DNA of 64,000 nucleotides from the NCBI GenBank assembly GCA_951406725.2, contig OX597833.1:23250001-23314000 (forward strand), read 5' to 3'. Source of the stretch: Octopus vulgaris (Eukaryota). The translations under genes were made by a program, and so were the position numbers. Positions 13,039 to 25,941 of this stretch are shown piece by piece. A model generated the notes under the pieces. That model searched no databases. It worked only from the letters and a program-made list of their open reading frames with translations, and was not told the DNA's origin. Each line of letters begins with the position of its first letter. The stretch's first letter is position 1.

Positions 13039-14254
13039 GTAAGATAAAGTTATACTTTTTTCTGCAAAATACGGGTAGCTTTTCCTGTTCAGGCTGTGTT
13101 ATTAGCATTATTCTGTGTTTGAGAATTTAAAATCACTTCTTCAACCTTCTAAGACATCTAAAGCGAACTTCGTTTATTTGTTTACGTTCATCGTAATTTG
13201 AATAAAACAATATCTAACTTCAGTTTCATCTATCTTGTTTCAAACAGTTTGAACATTGCCTGCCATATTTATGCATGCCACAGGTGTAGGTGTGACTGTG
13301 TGATAACAAATTTGCTTCCGAACCACATGATTTTAGGTTCAGTCCCACTGCATTGCACCTTGGGCAAGCATCTTCTATAGCCTTGCAAATGGAACTGGTT
13401 GACAGAAACCGAAAGAAACCAGTATGTGTATATATATATATAACATCATCATCGTTTAACGTCCGCTTTCCATGCTAGCATGGGTTGGATGATTTGATTG
13501 AGGACTGGCATACCAGATGGCTGCACCGGGCTCCAATCTGATCTGGCAGTGTTTCTACAGCTGGATGCCCTTCCTAATGCCAACCACTTTGAGAGTGTTG
13601 TGGGTGCTTTTACGTGCCACTGGCACAAGGGCCAGTCAGGCGGTACTGGTAATGGCCACGCGCAGGTGGTGTTTTTTACATACCTCCTGCACAGGAGCCA
13701 GTCCAGTGGCACCAGCAATGACTTCGCTCAAATGTTTTTCACGTGCCAGTAAGGCAACACTGGTAATGATCACATTTGAATGGAGCTTTTTATGTGCCAC
13801 CGGCACAGAAGTCAGCTGCTCTGGCAGCGATCACACTCAGATGGTGCTCTTACCACCCCACTGGCATGGGTGCCAGTCATCAAATTTTCGAATTTGATGT
13901 CTCCTTCACATGGCATGATTGTCACAAATGAGTGTTGCTGTTACACTAGCAGTGCTTCTTATTATGAAACTTCCATGAAAACATGTCTGGTCATGGGGAA
14001 ATATTACTTCACTTGAAAACAGGTGTGGGTTATGACAGGAAGGGCATTCTGCTGTAGAAAATCTGCCTCAAAAATTCCATCCAACCCATGTGTATATAGA
14101 AAAGTGGATGTTTTAAGTGATGATGGCTTTGACTCAGACCTACAGTTCGTACTTCAGGCTCAACTCAAGTACTTAAACCTAGTAAATATGGCACAAAACA
14201 GTAATAAACTGAGATAATATTTTACAAAACAGACAATATAAAAATAGTATTTAA

Positions 14255-14444
14255 CCCTTTAGCATTCAAACCAGCCATTTCAGACTCAAAATATTCTACC
14301 TGTTTTATGTTTAAACTACCCTACGATATTCTAAAAATATATTCACATCAGCAAAATCTCAGAGCTACAAGATAACATGATTAATTCAAAACAATGAGAA
14401 TAAATAAGCAGAACATTTGACAGAGTAATCTGAATGCTAAAGTG
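14255..14444. mobile_element. piggyBac-type MITE
   Basis: TTAA-CCCTTTAGCATTCA ... TGAATGCTAAAGTG-TTAA. Confidence 0.75.
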
Positions 14445-15407
14445 TTAAATAGTTGTCTCAGTGTTGATTTACAGACGCAAGGAAACTGTTTCATATTGTT
14501 TGAAATAAAACTAGATGTTCATGCTTCTCCTGAAGCCACTTACAAAGGAAGTAGAATTATGAAATTACAAGTCAAAATTTCATTCAATTCCGTATTATTT
14601 ATTTCAAAAAAATTTTTAAAAGAAAGAAAAATGCAAATTTATTTAGAATCCTTACATAATGCTTTTAAGTCCTATTTTCTCAATATACAAGATTGAAATT
14701 CAAGCCAGAATAATATTTCTTACATTCTGTTTCTATATTCATATTTCCTCACCTGACCCTCTTCCTTTATCAATTTATTTCTTTGTACCTGCAGTTGTTA
14801 TTGTTTAGGTCCAGAGCAGCCCTAATCATGCTGTCCTATTATTACAAGGATTCTAGCTGTGGCTATCATCCCATTTTTGCTATCTAGAATAAAACTAGAT
14901 CCATATTATTCACTGTGTTCTTTCCTGAGTTGGTGAGGTGTTATTGGAAGGGAATTTAACTGCTACTTATGACAAGTTGAGTGACCACAGATGAGTCACC
15001 TCATTGGCCCATGTTTCTGCATTGATTACCAAATTATCGATGCTTTTTTTTTTTTTTTTTTTTTTTAATGAGTTTTAAAGTTGACCAAATTGATATTTAT
15101 GTTCCTTTTACATTCTGAATTCACAGTCAATTTTAACCTCTATCCTTCTGGGATGGAGGTTAAAACACCATTCAAGTACTGGGCTAATTTTAATGAAGTA
15201 TCCCACTCCTTCAAAAAAAATTTTGGCCTTAGGCTTGTGATAGATGTCTTTTTTTGTTTTTTTTATTTTAACTTGGAATCATACTTCTAAAATTGTCTTG
15301 TAATTTGGGAGAAACTGAAGTTGTCTTTCACCATTTTTTTTTTCTTACACATTTATGCTTTCCAAGTTATCAGTTTCTTAATATATGTATATTCTTTTCA
15401 TTTTCAG

Positions 15408-16316
15408 TTTCCTAACATAATCTGGAGGTTGTTAAGCAGTGTATCTGGTGTTAATTTAGAGCGAGTTGTTGACTTGGCTGAACAAACTCAACTTGGATCC
15501 CCTGAAGACCGTCAGAAAACTATTGAACACATAGCGTTTTATATGGATCGCTGGCTGGAAACCTACCGTGAATATAAAATGAATTATGTTGTACGAATGA
15601 GGCAGAAAATGACAAAAGTTTGCTGTCTGATGTGTTCAAAAAGAGATGGGACATTTTTGGTTGGATTCTATGTTTGTGTGAAAGTTCTGTATGCTGTAAA
15701 TGTCATTGGACAGTTTTTCTTATTGAATGCCTTTATGTCTAACCAGTTTTCAGTATATGGTTATGAAGTTCTTGAAATGGTACGTAATAAGGTTCCTTGG
15801 AAAGAATCCGTCAGATTCCCTCGTGTGACTCTCTGTGATTTTGAGATAAGGCAGTTACAGAACATCCAACGTTTCACTGTCCAGTGTGTTCTTCCTGTTA
15901 ATCTGTTTAATGAAAAAATCTTCATTTTTCTTTGGTTTTGGTTAGTCTTTATTTCTATAGTTACATGTGGCAATTTACTGTTCTGGATTTATCGCACAAT
16001 TTTCCGTCAGTCCCGTGTTAATTATATCGCTAAATATTTTAAGTCTTCAGAGGATATATTCACAAGGGAAGACAAGAAACTGGTGCATCGTTTCACAACA
16101 GACTATCTGCGAGATGACGGACTTTTTGTATTACGCCTTGTTTCTAAGAACTCCACAGACTTGGTTCTAGTTGACTTAGTGAAAGAATTATGGCATTTAT
16201 ACAAGAACAAAAATGGTCGGAAAGCAGGCTCTTCAGCTCTTAATAACATTTACAAAGATACTCTAGACAAAGATGACATTTCAAAAGATCCATCAAAACA
16301 GCCTCTAAAGCCGTAG
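15408..16316 (+). CDS. Innexin exon 3 (terminal coding exon)
   Basis: Acceptor ttttcattttcAG, phase 0 matches exon 2; FPNIIWR, FPRVTLCDF, QCVLPVNLFNEKIFIFLWFW, YLRDDGLFVLRL; stop TAG; spliced product ~419 aa. Confidence 0.96.
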   Translation, partial: FPNIIWRLLSSVSGVNLERVVDLAEQTQLGSPEDRQKTIEHIAFYMDRWLETYREYKMNYVVRMRQKMTKVCCLMCSKRDGTFLVGFYVCVKVLYAVNVIGQFFLLNAFMSNQFSVYGYEVLEMVRNKVPWKESVRFPRVTLCDFEIRQLQNIQRFTVQCVLPVNLFNEKIFIFLWFWLVFISIVTCGNLLFWIYRTIFRQSRVNYIAKYFKSSEDIFTREDKKLVHRFTTDYLRDDGLFVLRLVSKNSTDLVLVDLVKELWHLYKNKNGRKAGSSALNNIYKDTLDKDDISKDPSKQPLKP

Positions 16317-18431
16317 ATCAACAGCTCTTAGGTTACTTATGATCCTATTCAAATGTTTATTTTGATTACATCTAGGGATTATCATTTCATTATGTCCCTG
16401 GTTAGTGGCTGATTAACAAAAAAAAAAATGTATATTTTCAGTACGAATTAGATACATTTATAGGTTTGTAATAGAACAGGTGGGATGGGGGACTCTCAGC
16501 ACCTTAAATGTATAAGAGTATGCCTTACTAATACTTCATTATAACTTTTCCTATATTTTTTCAGTCCATGCTAAATATATCACAATATTTCAACCGGTGT
16601 AAAATGTTTGATGGTAACATTTAACTACCTTTGTAAACACACCTTGGCAGAACCATTAGAGCATTGGACAAAATGTTTTGTATTTCTTCTAACTCTTTAC
16701 ATTTTGGATTCATATTCCAAGATCAGTCTGGCTTTTGTATCCTTCCAGAGTAAATAAAATAAAGTACCAGTCAAATACTAAGGTTGATGGTATTGACTGC
16801 CCTGCTCTTCTCAAAACTGCTAGCTTTGTAGCTAAATTAGAAACTACAGTATTGAGAGGTGAAATGGCTGATAGAATATAGTATTGGATTAATTTGTTTC
16901 CAATGTTTAAATCCTAATCCACCCATGGTATGCCCTGTTACCTGTTACTGTTAACCTAACTTGCCTTAATAATAGTTCATATCTATTTAAGAGACTTATT
17001 TTTTACTTTCACCTTTATCATGATTACTAGTGCCATTTAACCTGTGCAATCATCAGAAAATAACTAGTTCACGTATATACTCTCTTCAACTGCATTAAAA
17101 AAAAAAAAGAAACAATTTGTGGATGTCTTGGAAGTAGTTAATCAAACAAACCTTACAAGAACATGTGAATAAAAATTTTTAAATATTAGTGACATTTTTA
17201 CTTGGAATTCTTTATTTATTTTTGCAGTTATAACATTTTTTTTTCAGATATCTGAAGAATCCTATGAATGTAATTAGTGCTAATGAAGTTTTTTCCTTTT
17301 TCAAATTAATCTTAAGGTGAATGAATTGGAACATTAATGAGTGCAGTTTGTAATTAACTGTAACAAGACAGAAAGCTATAAACACACAAACACATAAACA
17401 CACCACTCAGATCTGTGATATTTAACCATCTTTTTTCCTTGTGGTCCCACACAATAATATCTGGTCAGTTGTGTTTTAACTCGGTGGCTGTGTTAAGTCC
17501 CACCAATATTCTTTTGACCCATTGGTCTCAATATGATCAACTTCATTTCTAGGTTTTCTGTTTTGTTATCCTCTTCCAGACCATTCTGGCCATCACATCA
17601 TGCCTCACGGAAAGGTCATATCTGGAAGACATTCTCTTACAACTGGCAATAATGTGATTGATGCCTTCAGTATTGCTCTTGTACAACCTAGATTTGTTGT
17701 GTGTGTGTGTGTGTGTGTGTGTGGACAAGTGTAGTGAGACATGAAATCCCTATTTTGTCGTGGTGGTGTAGCACAGTTGTGCTGTGACCATTTCATCCAT
17801 TTACTAATGGCTGCAAAGGATACGTGAGGCAACATCCACCCAGCAGTAAACTGCGCCTTTTTCAAAGAGTTAAAGTAGTTACAGTTTTGACGTCAAGGAA
17901 GCAACAAGACTTTCCACAACGTGGCATCTCTTCTGTGTTCACCACCAACTTAATTAGTTGCAGATTTGCATCCTCTTGGAGATTATTACAGCATTCATGG
18001 CCAATGCTGTGCAACTTGCTTCACTTACATCTATTTTTATTTTGCAGCATATCAGTTTCCAGTGAAATACAAATTGAGTCATGGGAAATTCATTCCTGTC
18101 TCTCTAGACATTTCTTATTTTCTCATTGCATCACACACACTTTACCAACCTAAATGGCATTCTTTTTACTGCAACACATGGGAGTTACACTCAAGAAATA
18201 AATCATTATATTTTATTTACAACATTGACTTCTGATATTTGTTTCTACATTCACGTCATACAAATCATTGTGGTACCCATTAAATAGGTGACTACCAATC
18301 CACTAACTCTGTGACCCTCACTGGTGACATTTTTATTTATTGATTATCTAGTAGCTGGCTGACCTTCTAACTATTATTTGTCTTACTACTAGATATGTAA
18401 GTATGTATACACACACATATATACTCTCTCT

Positions 18432-18640
18432 CTTTACTCTCTCTTTTACTTGTTTCAGTTATTTGACTGTGGCCATGCTGGAGCACCGCCTTTAGTTGGG
18501 CAAATCGACCCCGGGACTTATTCTTTGTAAGCCCAGTACTTATTCTATCGGTCTCTTTTGCCGAACCGCTAAGTGACAGGGACGTAAACACACCAGCATC
18601 GGTTGTCAACAATGCTAGGGGGACAAACACACACACACAA

Positions 18641-18687
<47 letters not shown>

Positions 18688-18860
18688 CATTTATACGACA
18701 GGCTTCTTTCAGTTTCCGTCTACCAAATCCACTCACAAGGTATTGGTTGGCCCGGGGCTATAGCAGAAGACACTTGCCCAAGATGTCTCGCAGTGGGACT
18801 GAACCCGGAACCATGTGGTTGGTTAGCAAGCTACTTACCACACAGTCACTCCTGCACCTC
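18432..18860 (-). mobile_element. SINE family A, full length
   Basis: Complete reverse-complement copy with internal (CA)n(TA)n. Confidence 0.85.
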
Positions 18861-20444
18861 ATATACACATAATTTTTCAATAGAAACTATTGTGGGTGTG
18901 TGCTCAATTCATAAATTTGATTCTTTTGTTAAATGTTAAAATGCTGCAAATTCAAAAATTAAAGTAGTTTACAATTTGTCTTAATATCATTTTCAACAAA
19001 GCTTTAGAATTAAACCTGTTTATCATCTGAACATGCATACATAAACAGCACAGGTATAATGTTAGTGTAGATAAACACACAAACACATATTAGAGATAAA
19101 ACAGGTAGGTTAGTGTATACAGAAGGTTGGTGTATATAGTTAATGTTAACGAGAAAACACCTATTAAAAAAAACAACAAGGAAACAGGAATTGGGAAGAA
19201 ACCTCTTGAGTGATGGTGCCACAGTAAAGTACATCGAAGGGATAGAAAGGTCAGCCACCTGTGGAAACCAAGTCAAACTGACAGAGAGGAACAGCAGTCA
19301 ATGAGGGCAGTAATTCCCAATAAGAACTGACAAAGACAATCTGTCCATGCCATGCCAACACAAGAAGCAACTGTTAAATGATGATGATGGTGGTGATGAG
19401 GTGATGATGTTGATGATGATACATAGGATGAGCACCATCATCATCATCATGATGGTAGTGGTGGACACAGACAGACAGTGAGGAAAAAGAATTTCTGTAC
19501 TAGTAGTGGTCTGTAGAAGGAACACACAGACAGGATTAACACAGTAACGTGGGGGAGAGAGGTGGGAATTAAATATAATTCTTATAATGGAATGCTCTTG
19601 ACTTACATGTGACGGGTGATCCCATTTCTGCTGAAATTCCTCCTTGGCTTTGGCCAGAAATTCCTTAACTGAAAAATAATAATAATAATAATAGTAGTAG
19701 TAGTAGTTTCATTAATAGCCACAAGGGTTCAGAGAAAGACAAAGGCAATACAAAATTACCAAATATGGTGTAAGGGATGGGGATTACCTGGGACAGGTAA
19801 AATAAAAACAACAAAATAAAAAAAAAAAACCCACAAGAGGGGGAGACTGGTAATAGCCAGTCAGGTTAAATAAATGGCTACTTATTAGTGGAAATCACAC
19901 TGTTGTTGTTAGATTTCTTTATTGGCCATGCAGGCCTGAACACAGAAGGGACAAAATACAAAGTAGAGCTTTTCTTTTTTGGGAAGAAGGAAAAAAAAGG
20001 GTCAAATTGCCCATATCCTACATAAAATACTCTTTCGATGTAATCCCAAATTTAAAAACAAACCTATAATTTTCCTTGGACATTTTCTAGAACAATACTT
20101 TGTGTAAAACCAAACATGTGATGGCACCGTAGTCATGATACCAACTTGAACTTCTAACTTGTTGTCTCCTGAGGTCTCTGTGTGAGACTTGTACAAATAC
20201 AAAGCAAACATCAAACATAATAATAATAATTATTTCAAATTTTTGCCAAAAGGGCAGCTTGGCGGGGGTGGGAATGAGTTGATTACATCAACCCCAGTGT
20301 TCAACTGGTACTTATTTTATCAACCCCAAAAGGATAAAAGGAAAAGTTGACCTTGGCAGAATTTGAATTCAGAACATAGTGACAGCGAAACACCACTAAG
20401 CATTTCATCCAGCTCGCCACCTTCAGTAATAATAATAATGATAA

Positions 20445-20540
20445 GGTGAAAACGGTACCAGTAATTATTGGAGCATTAGGCAATATAAAAAAAAAACAAA
20501 TGAACAAAAACATCGAAGCTATACCTGAATCCTCAACATT
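20445..20540 (+). mobile_element. Short RLE-LINE (R4/Dong-like) C-terminal remnant
   Basis: Translates VKTVPVIIGALGNIKK, typical of the end of a restriction-like endonuclease domain. Confidence 0.5.
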
Positions 20541-21329
20541 ACACATATCCATAAATAGCCTTGTTATAGTTAACATTCTGTACGAGGCGCTATCAATTCG
20601 ATAATGCAACCCAAACAAAACAAGCCACAAACACAAGGCACACTCTGAACAGCAATTATCCAATGAAATAAACTACCACCAGCAAGCAGGACACACAACA
20701 CAAACATTAATACAACAAAAGACTGCACTACATCTCATATATGGAAAAAAAAAAGAAAGAAAAACTAATGCAATACAAAACTGAGAAGAGTTTGCACTCT
20801 AGCAACAACGAAAAAGAACACACAAGGCTGCACGCACCTCAGCGACACAGAGGTGTAGCAGGTGATGCAGTGGAAATTTTCCTGAAACTACAAACGTTGA
20901 ACAAGGATAATAAGAACAACAATTTCTTTCTTGACCACAAGTGCCTAAGATATTAGGAAAAGTTGAGGCAAAAGAGTGTTGGCGAGACAAACAAGAGCTG
21001 GAAAGTGACCTACAGCTATAAATGCAAAAGCATGACTGTAACTTAACTGACCAGAGACACAGGATGCCTCTTCCTCAACAAATGAATGACTGAGATGGAT
21101 AGCGTATGCGAGTAAGCTTGACCAGATGATGATGGCAGGAAGGAGTAGAAAACAGAAGGCAGGGAATTATGAGAAAAAATAAAAACAATAAAGTTAGCAA
21201 TAGATCCCTAATGGGAGGAGGGCAACCTGGTAATGAATAAGGAGACATTACAAGGTTTAAAAAAAAGGGCTTTGGTAGAAATTAGATGAAATATAAGAAA
21301 TAAAGTAACAATATTATAAACATAAATAA

Positions 21330-21790
21330 GAAAATGTTAAGAGAAAGACAGCCATCAGGGTCAATCAAGGAAGCCGACAGGTGCAGGATCACCTTCAGGA
21401 CCCTCCCCACCCTACAGATGCATAGCAAGTGCAACACTTTTCAATAAATTTACTGGAGGGACCATTTTCTCCTCTCACCTTTCACTCCAGAAGGACTTGG
21501 TCAAAAAGAAAAAGGTTTTCCTTTCACCTTTCAGTAATGTCCACCTTACAACCTCTTTTGCCATGATAACCAGGACTATCCACTCTTCCTAGCCAAAGGA
21601 AGGTGACAGAATAATCCTCATAATTAACCCTAGCTTTTCATAACACCAGCTCCATCAATCGCAGAACCTCCATCAATCACAGAACAAATGCATAGGAAAC
21701 AGTTTGACTGGTCTTCGTGCAGATTAGAGAGGTGAAGCTAATGGAACAATCACACCTAGTTATAGAACTCTTAGACCAGGGAAACACCAC
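21330..21790 (-). mobile_element. Tx1-like LINE 3' remnant
   Basis: Minus-strand GGCAAAAGAGGTTGTAAGGTGGAC...TGAAAGG resembles GCGAAAGAGGTTGTGTGGTGAACC...TGAAAGG at ~4110-4145. Confidence 0.5.
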
Positions 21791-23269
21791 CCAACACTAC
21801 AACACAACCTAATACTGCAACACAAACTACACAACACACACTGCATGAAAGGTGTTCTCAAACCAGGGTACCTGTACCCAGGTGATACATAAAAAGAAAT
21901 TGCAGCGGTACACAAGATTTGTGAAGTGATCACAACCAACTAAAAACAACTTGTGTCCAGAAAATGTTTGGGGAGAGCTCCATTTTGTTGTCCTCCCTCC
22001 TTTCTCGTTGTAAGCAAGGGTTTTTAGCAATGTTTATGACCAAAAACTACTTTAAAAAGTATCCAGTGCACTCTGTAAAGTGGTTGGTGTTAGGAAGGGC
22101 ATCCAGCTCTGGAGACCAACGCAGACAAGAGAACCTGGTCTGGCTCCTGGCCCTGCCACCTCCTGTCAAACTGTCCAACCCATGCCAGCATAGAAAACAG
22201 ACATCAAATGATGATGAAGATGATGATTGTATGACCTAATCAGTAACTGTGTTTAGTTTATTATAGTGTGTGTATATATGAGACATGTGATGGTGTGTGC
22301 CAGTGTGTATATACATATACAGGACTATATGTGTGGTGTGTAGAAAAATTAGATAAAATTTTAATTAAACCACAATGTAGCACCCAGTCCACTCTGTAAA
22401 GTGGTTGGTGTTAGGAAGGGCATCCAGCTGTAGAAACCAACCCAAAGCAGACAATGCAGCGTGGTGCAGCATGGTGCAGCTCTCCAGCATTGCCTGTCTC
22501 CTGTCAAACAGTCCAACCCATGCCAGCATGGATGATAGACATTAAATGATGATGATGATAGATACAAGGTTAGATTTGAATATTTCCGGGAGAAAGGAAC
22601 AGTCAATAATATTTGACTGCAATCACCACACCCGTATATGACTGGTACTATTTTATCAACCCTGAAAGGATGAAAGACTTAAGTTGACCACAGCTGGAGT
22701 GGAACTCAAAATGGAAAGAAGCACAACTAAATAGTGAATGGTTGTTGGTTCAATTCTACGGGGGCAGGGGGTGCCACTGATTAAACGGACTCAGTCAATT
22801 ACTGGTACTACCTCTATTGACCACCAATACAATAATGGTTTGTATTAAATGTAAAGACATGCGGCTTAGCCACAAGTAGGGGGGGGGGGGTAAGGCGTAA
22901 TCATATGGTCGTGGATTTCATTCTGTGACTGGGTGGCGCACTGTGCCTTTGAGCAAGACCCATCACTTTACATTAGCCCAGTCTACTCAGCAGTAAATGT
23001 GTACCACCCTAGTGTTGACCCACCCCTACCACACCACCATTCTCTGTTCAACAGTCACATTCTTAATGTTGTATTGTGTCAAAGGTAGACAGGGTCTATG
23101 CATGCTCACCACTACATCATACATTGTAACAGATGACCAAAGTAATGGTTTATAGTGATGAACAGGTACAGTCAACAGTGGGCGGGGGTAGAAGGGATCT
23201 TTATGGGATTTGTAGTGACTGTGCATAGACCATCAGTGTCTTTGCTGGAAGGACAAAACTTCATGTCTT

Positions 23270-23830
23270 TGGGCCCCTGGTTCTCCCTGTCCTGCTCTAT
23301 TGTTGCAAGACTTGGACACTGACTGGGGACCTTTAGGAGTCACCTACACTCTTTTGGTACCAGGATGCTTTGTAGGATTATGGGTTACCAGTGATTGGAT
23401 TTCATAACCAATCAACAACTCTTCTCAGAAACTAGGATGCATCCTGTTATTTGTGTGAATCCAGAATGTCAGCTCAGACTTGTTGGCCATGTTGCTCGAT
23501 TTTCTGAGACTAACATTTAACTTCTGTCTTAAAACCCTTTAGCAATCAAATCCCTGTCAAATATAATGTGTATTTATTCATATTTTTTAAACTCAACTTA
23601 GATCCTGAAGTGTTTTCTTTACTGAGGATTTGGCTGGCTTGATGGCTATTTGTGTTGGTCAACTGCATGCCACATAGTCACTACAGATGAGGAGTGACCT
23701 CATGGATAGGGGAACTGACTGGGACTCTGCTCAACAGGTCATCTGGGACCATACAAACCAATGATAAATGCAGCAACACACTGCGGTGGTGCATGTCACC
23801 ACACCTGACCTGTAAACTATAAAAGTAACT
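23270..23830 (+). mobile_element. Decayed RTE-clade LINE 3' fragment
   Basis: SFGTRMLCRIMGY..DFITNQQL....CQLRLVGHVAR, matching the RTE post-RT region. Confidence 0.55.
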
Positions 23831-24762
23831 TCATCAATCGAAAGTTTTTCAACAATGAGGGTCTCCATAGGATCTGTGTTATGGTTGTTGTTTTGACATT
23901 TCAGTCATAAACGAGGCTTTTGATGGTTACGAGCTTGCATTCAAGGTGTCACCTTCACATTAATGTGTCTGACCTTTGTATTTATACCTGTTAGTATGGG
24001 TATGGTCATTGCAGTTAAAGTCAGCATTTGACCTTCACATTGACCATGTGACTTTGACATTGGCATGCGTGACCTTGACATTCCCAACTGGGGGTCAATC
24101 CTTAGCATTAAAACAACATCATGAGATGGAAGGATTCCCCCATATCAGCCTCAAACTCCGTGCCCTCCCTCAAGGTCAAAGGTCAGAATTGTGTGTTGTG
24201 GTCATTTAGCCCTCGGTCAGTCTCATCGAGCATTTTTATGATCATCCCATCTTTCATACTGGCATAGCATATCTAGGACTACATTATCTAACGTGCCTTT
24301 CCTTTTGTTATTGTTGTTCAGCCCCAGATCAGTCCTGATCCAGTAGACGTATGATTATAGACACTCCAGCCATGGCGATCCTACTTTTTTGTTTATTAGG
24401 GAGGGAGTATATTGTGTTGTGTATCCTTCTTTAAAACAATAGGGTGTGATTTGAGAGAGATTTAACTGTTATTTCTTGCATATCAAGTAGCTACATAGAA
24501 GTGATGTACCTCTTACTATAAAAAGCATAAGCCAGCTCTTTCTCTCTCTCTCTCTCTCTTTCTCACTTTCCATTTTTTCTTCAAATAATGCAAGCAGCAA
24601 GTACTGACAACTATTAATGTTATGCACACACACACACACAAACATGTACATACATATACGTATCACAATATATGTAACAATGTGTGTGTGCTTGTATACA
24701 TGTATGTATGTGTGTGTGTTTGTGTGTGTATATGTGTTTGTATGTATTTATGTATATTTGTA

Positions 24763-24794
<32 letters not shown>

Positions 24795-24846
24795 CATGTG
24801 TGTGTGTTTTGTGTGTGTGTATATGTGTTTGTATTTATGTATGTTT

Positions 24847-24892
<46 letters not shown>

Positions 24893-25509
24893 TCATCATA
24901 AGTTAAAAGTCCCTGTTTCCTGCTGGCATGGGTTGGACAGGACCCAATGGGTCCATGGACTGCACCTGCCCCCGGTGTCTGCTTTGCCATGATTTCTATG
25001 GCTGGATGCCCTTCCCAACATCAACCACTCCCCATGTTGTACTGGGTGCTTTTTTCTTGGCTCCTAGCACCAGTGAGGTCATCATGGAGCTTGCATGACT
25101 AAGATCCTCTCTGACTAGGGGGGGGGCTACAGTAGAGACAGGGCCAGCTTTGTGCTAAGAGATGAGGGGTTGTGGTGCAGGTTTCTGCTGCAGAACAACA
25201 TAGTTATTAGCATTATACAAGGATGAATGGGAGTAACTGATGAAAAGAGGGATAGAGCATGAGGGTGGTCTCTGGAGACAGTAGAACAAGAAAGGGGACT
25301 GGATAGAGGTTGTAAGGGATGGGAAAAGTGAGGGATGGTTAGGGGAAATAAGTTATGGGTTGATAGGCAAATATACTGAATGATGACCGATGGCTGGAGG
25401 TGGGGGGCAATGAGGAAGAGCTTGATGGAAGAGAAGAAAGTATAGAGGTTGACTGATGACTGATGACTGACATTCATTCCTATTTGTATGGTTCGAAATT
25501 TCCCCCAAG

Positions 25510-25553
25510 ACACCTGAAGAAGGCTGGAGGGTATATCAGCTGAAATGTTGTGT
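25510..25553 (+). ncRNA. Minimal type-I hammerhead ribozyme motif (Penelope-type, decayed)
   Basis: ACAC-CTGAAGA-a-GGCTG-gagggtatat-CAGCT-GAAA-TG-TT-GTGT. Confidence 0.6.
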
Positions 25554-25620
25554 TAACAACAAACAAGATGAGGACAAATATCCATCGAATGCAAATAATG
25601 TAAATAATATAAAAAATGTG

Positions 25621-25677
<57 letters not shown>

Positions 25678-25726
25678 ATATTATATACGTATATTATTTA
25701 TTTAAAGGACATGATACATGTCTTTA

Positions 25727-25785
25727 AATGTTACTAATAGTTTCATATGTTGAGAAATGTCTCAAACATATTCATCAAGCACAAA
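25727..25785 (-). ncRNA. Hammerhead-like motif (decayed stem I)
   Basis: TTGATGA-ATATG(t)TTGAG..CTCAACATAT-GAAA-CTA t TAG-TA; strong stem II, weak stem I. Confidence 0.45.
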
Positions 25786-25941
25786 CCACATATAACAACA
25801 AACTATTGAATAAGAGAAGGGCCAACAGCTGGAACAAAGGCACATACAGAAGTGGTGATGTGAAACCTCCAGCCTGAGGAAATCAGCAAATTCATGGTGG
25901 TGCTCCAGCATGACCAAATTCTAATAAATATATATATATAA

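Noticed and set aside
15321-15407. N-terminal part of the 331-aa ORF
   Set aside because: Intronic polypyrimidine tract; the exon starts at 15408
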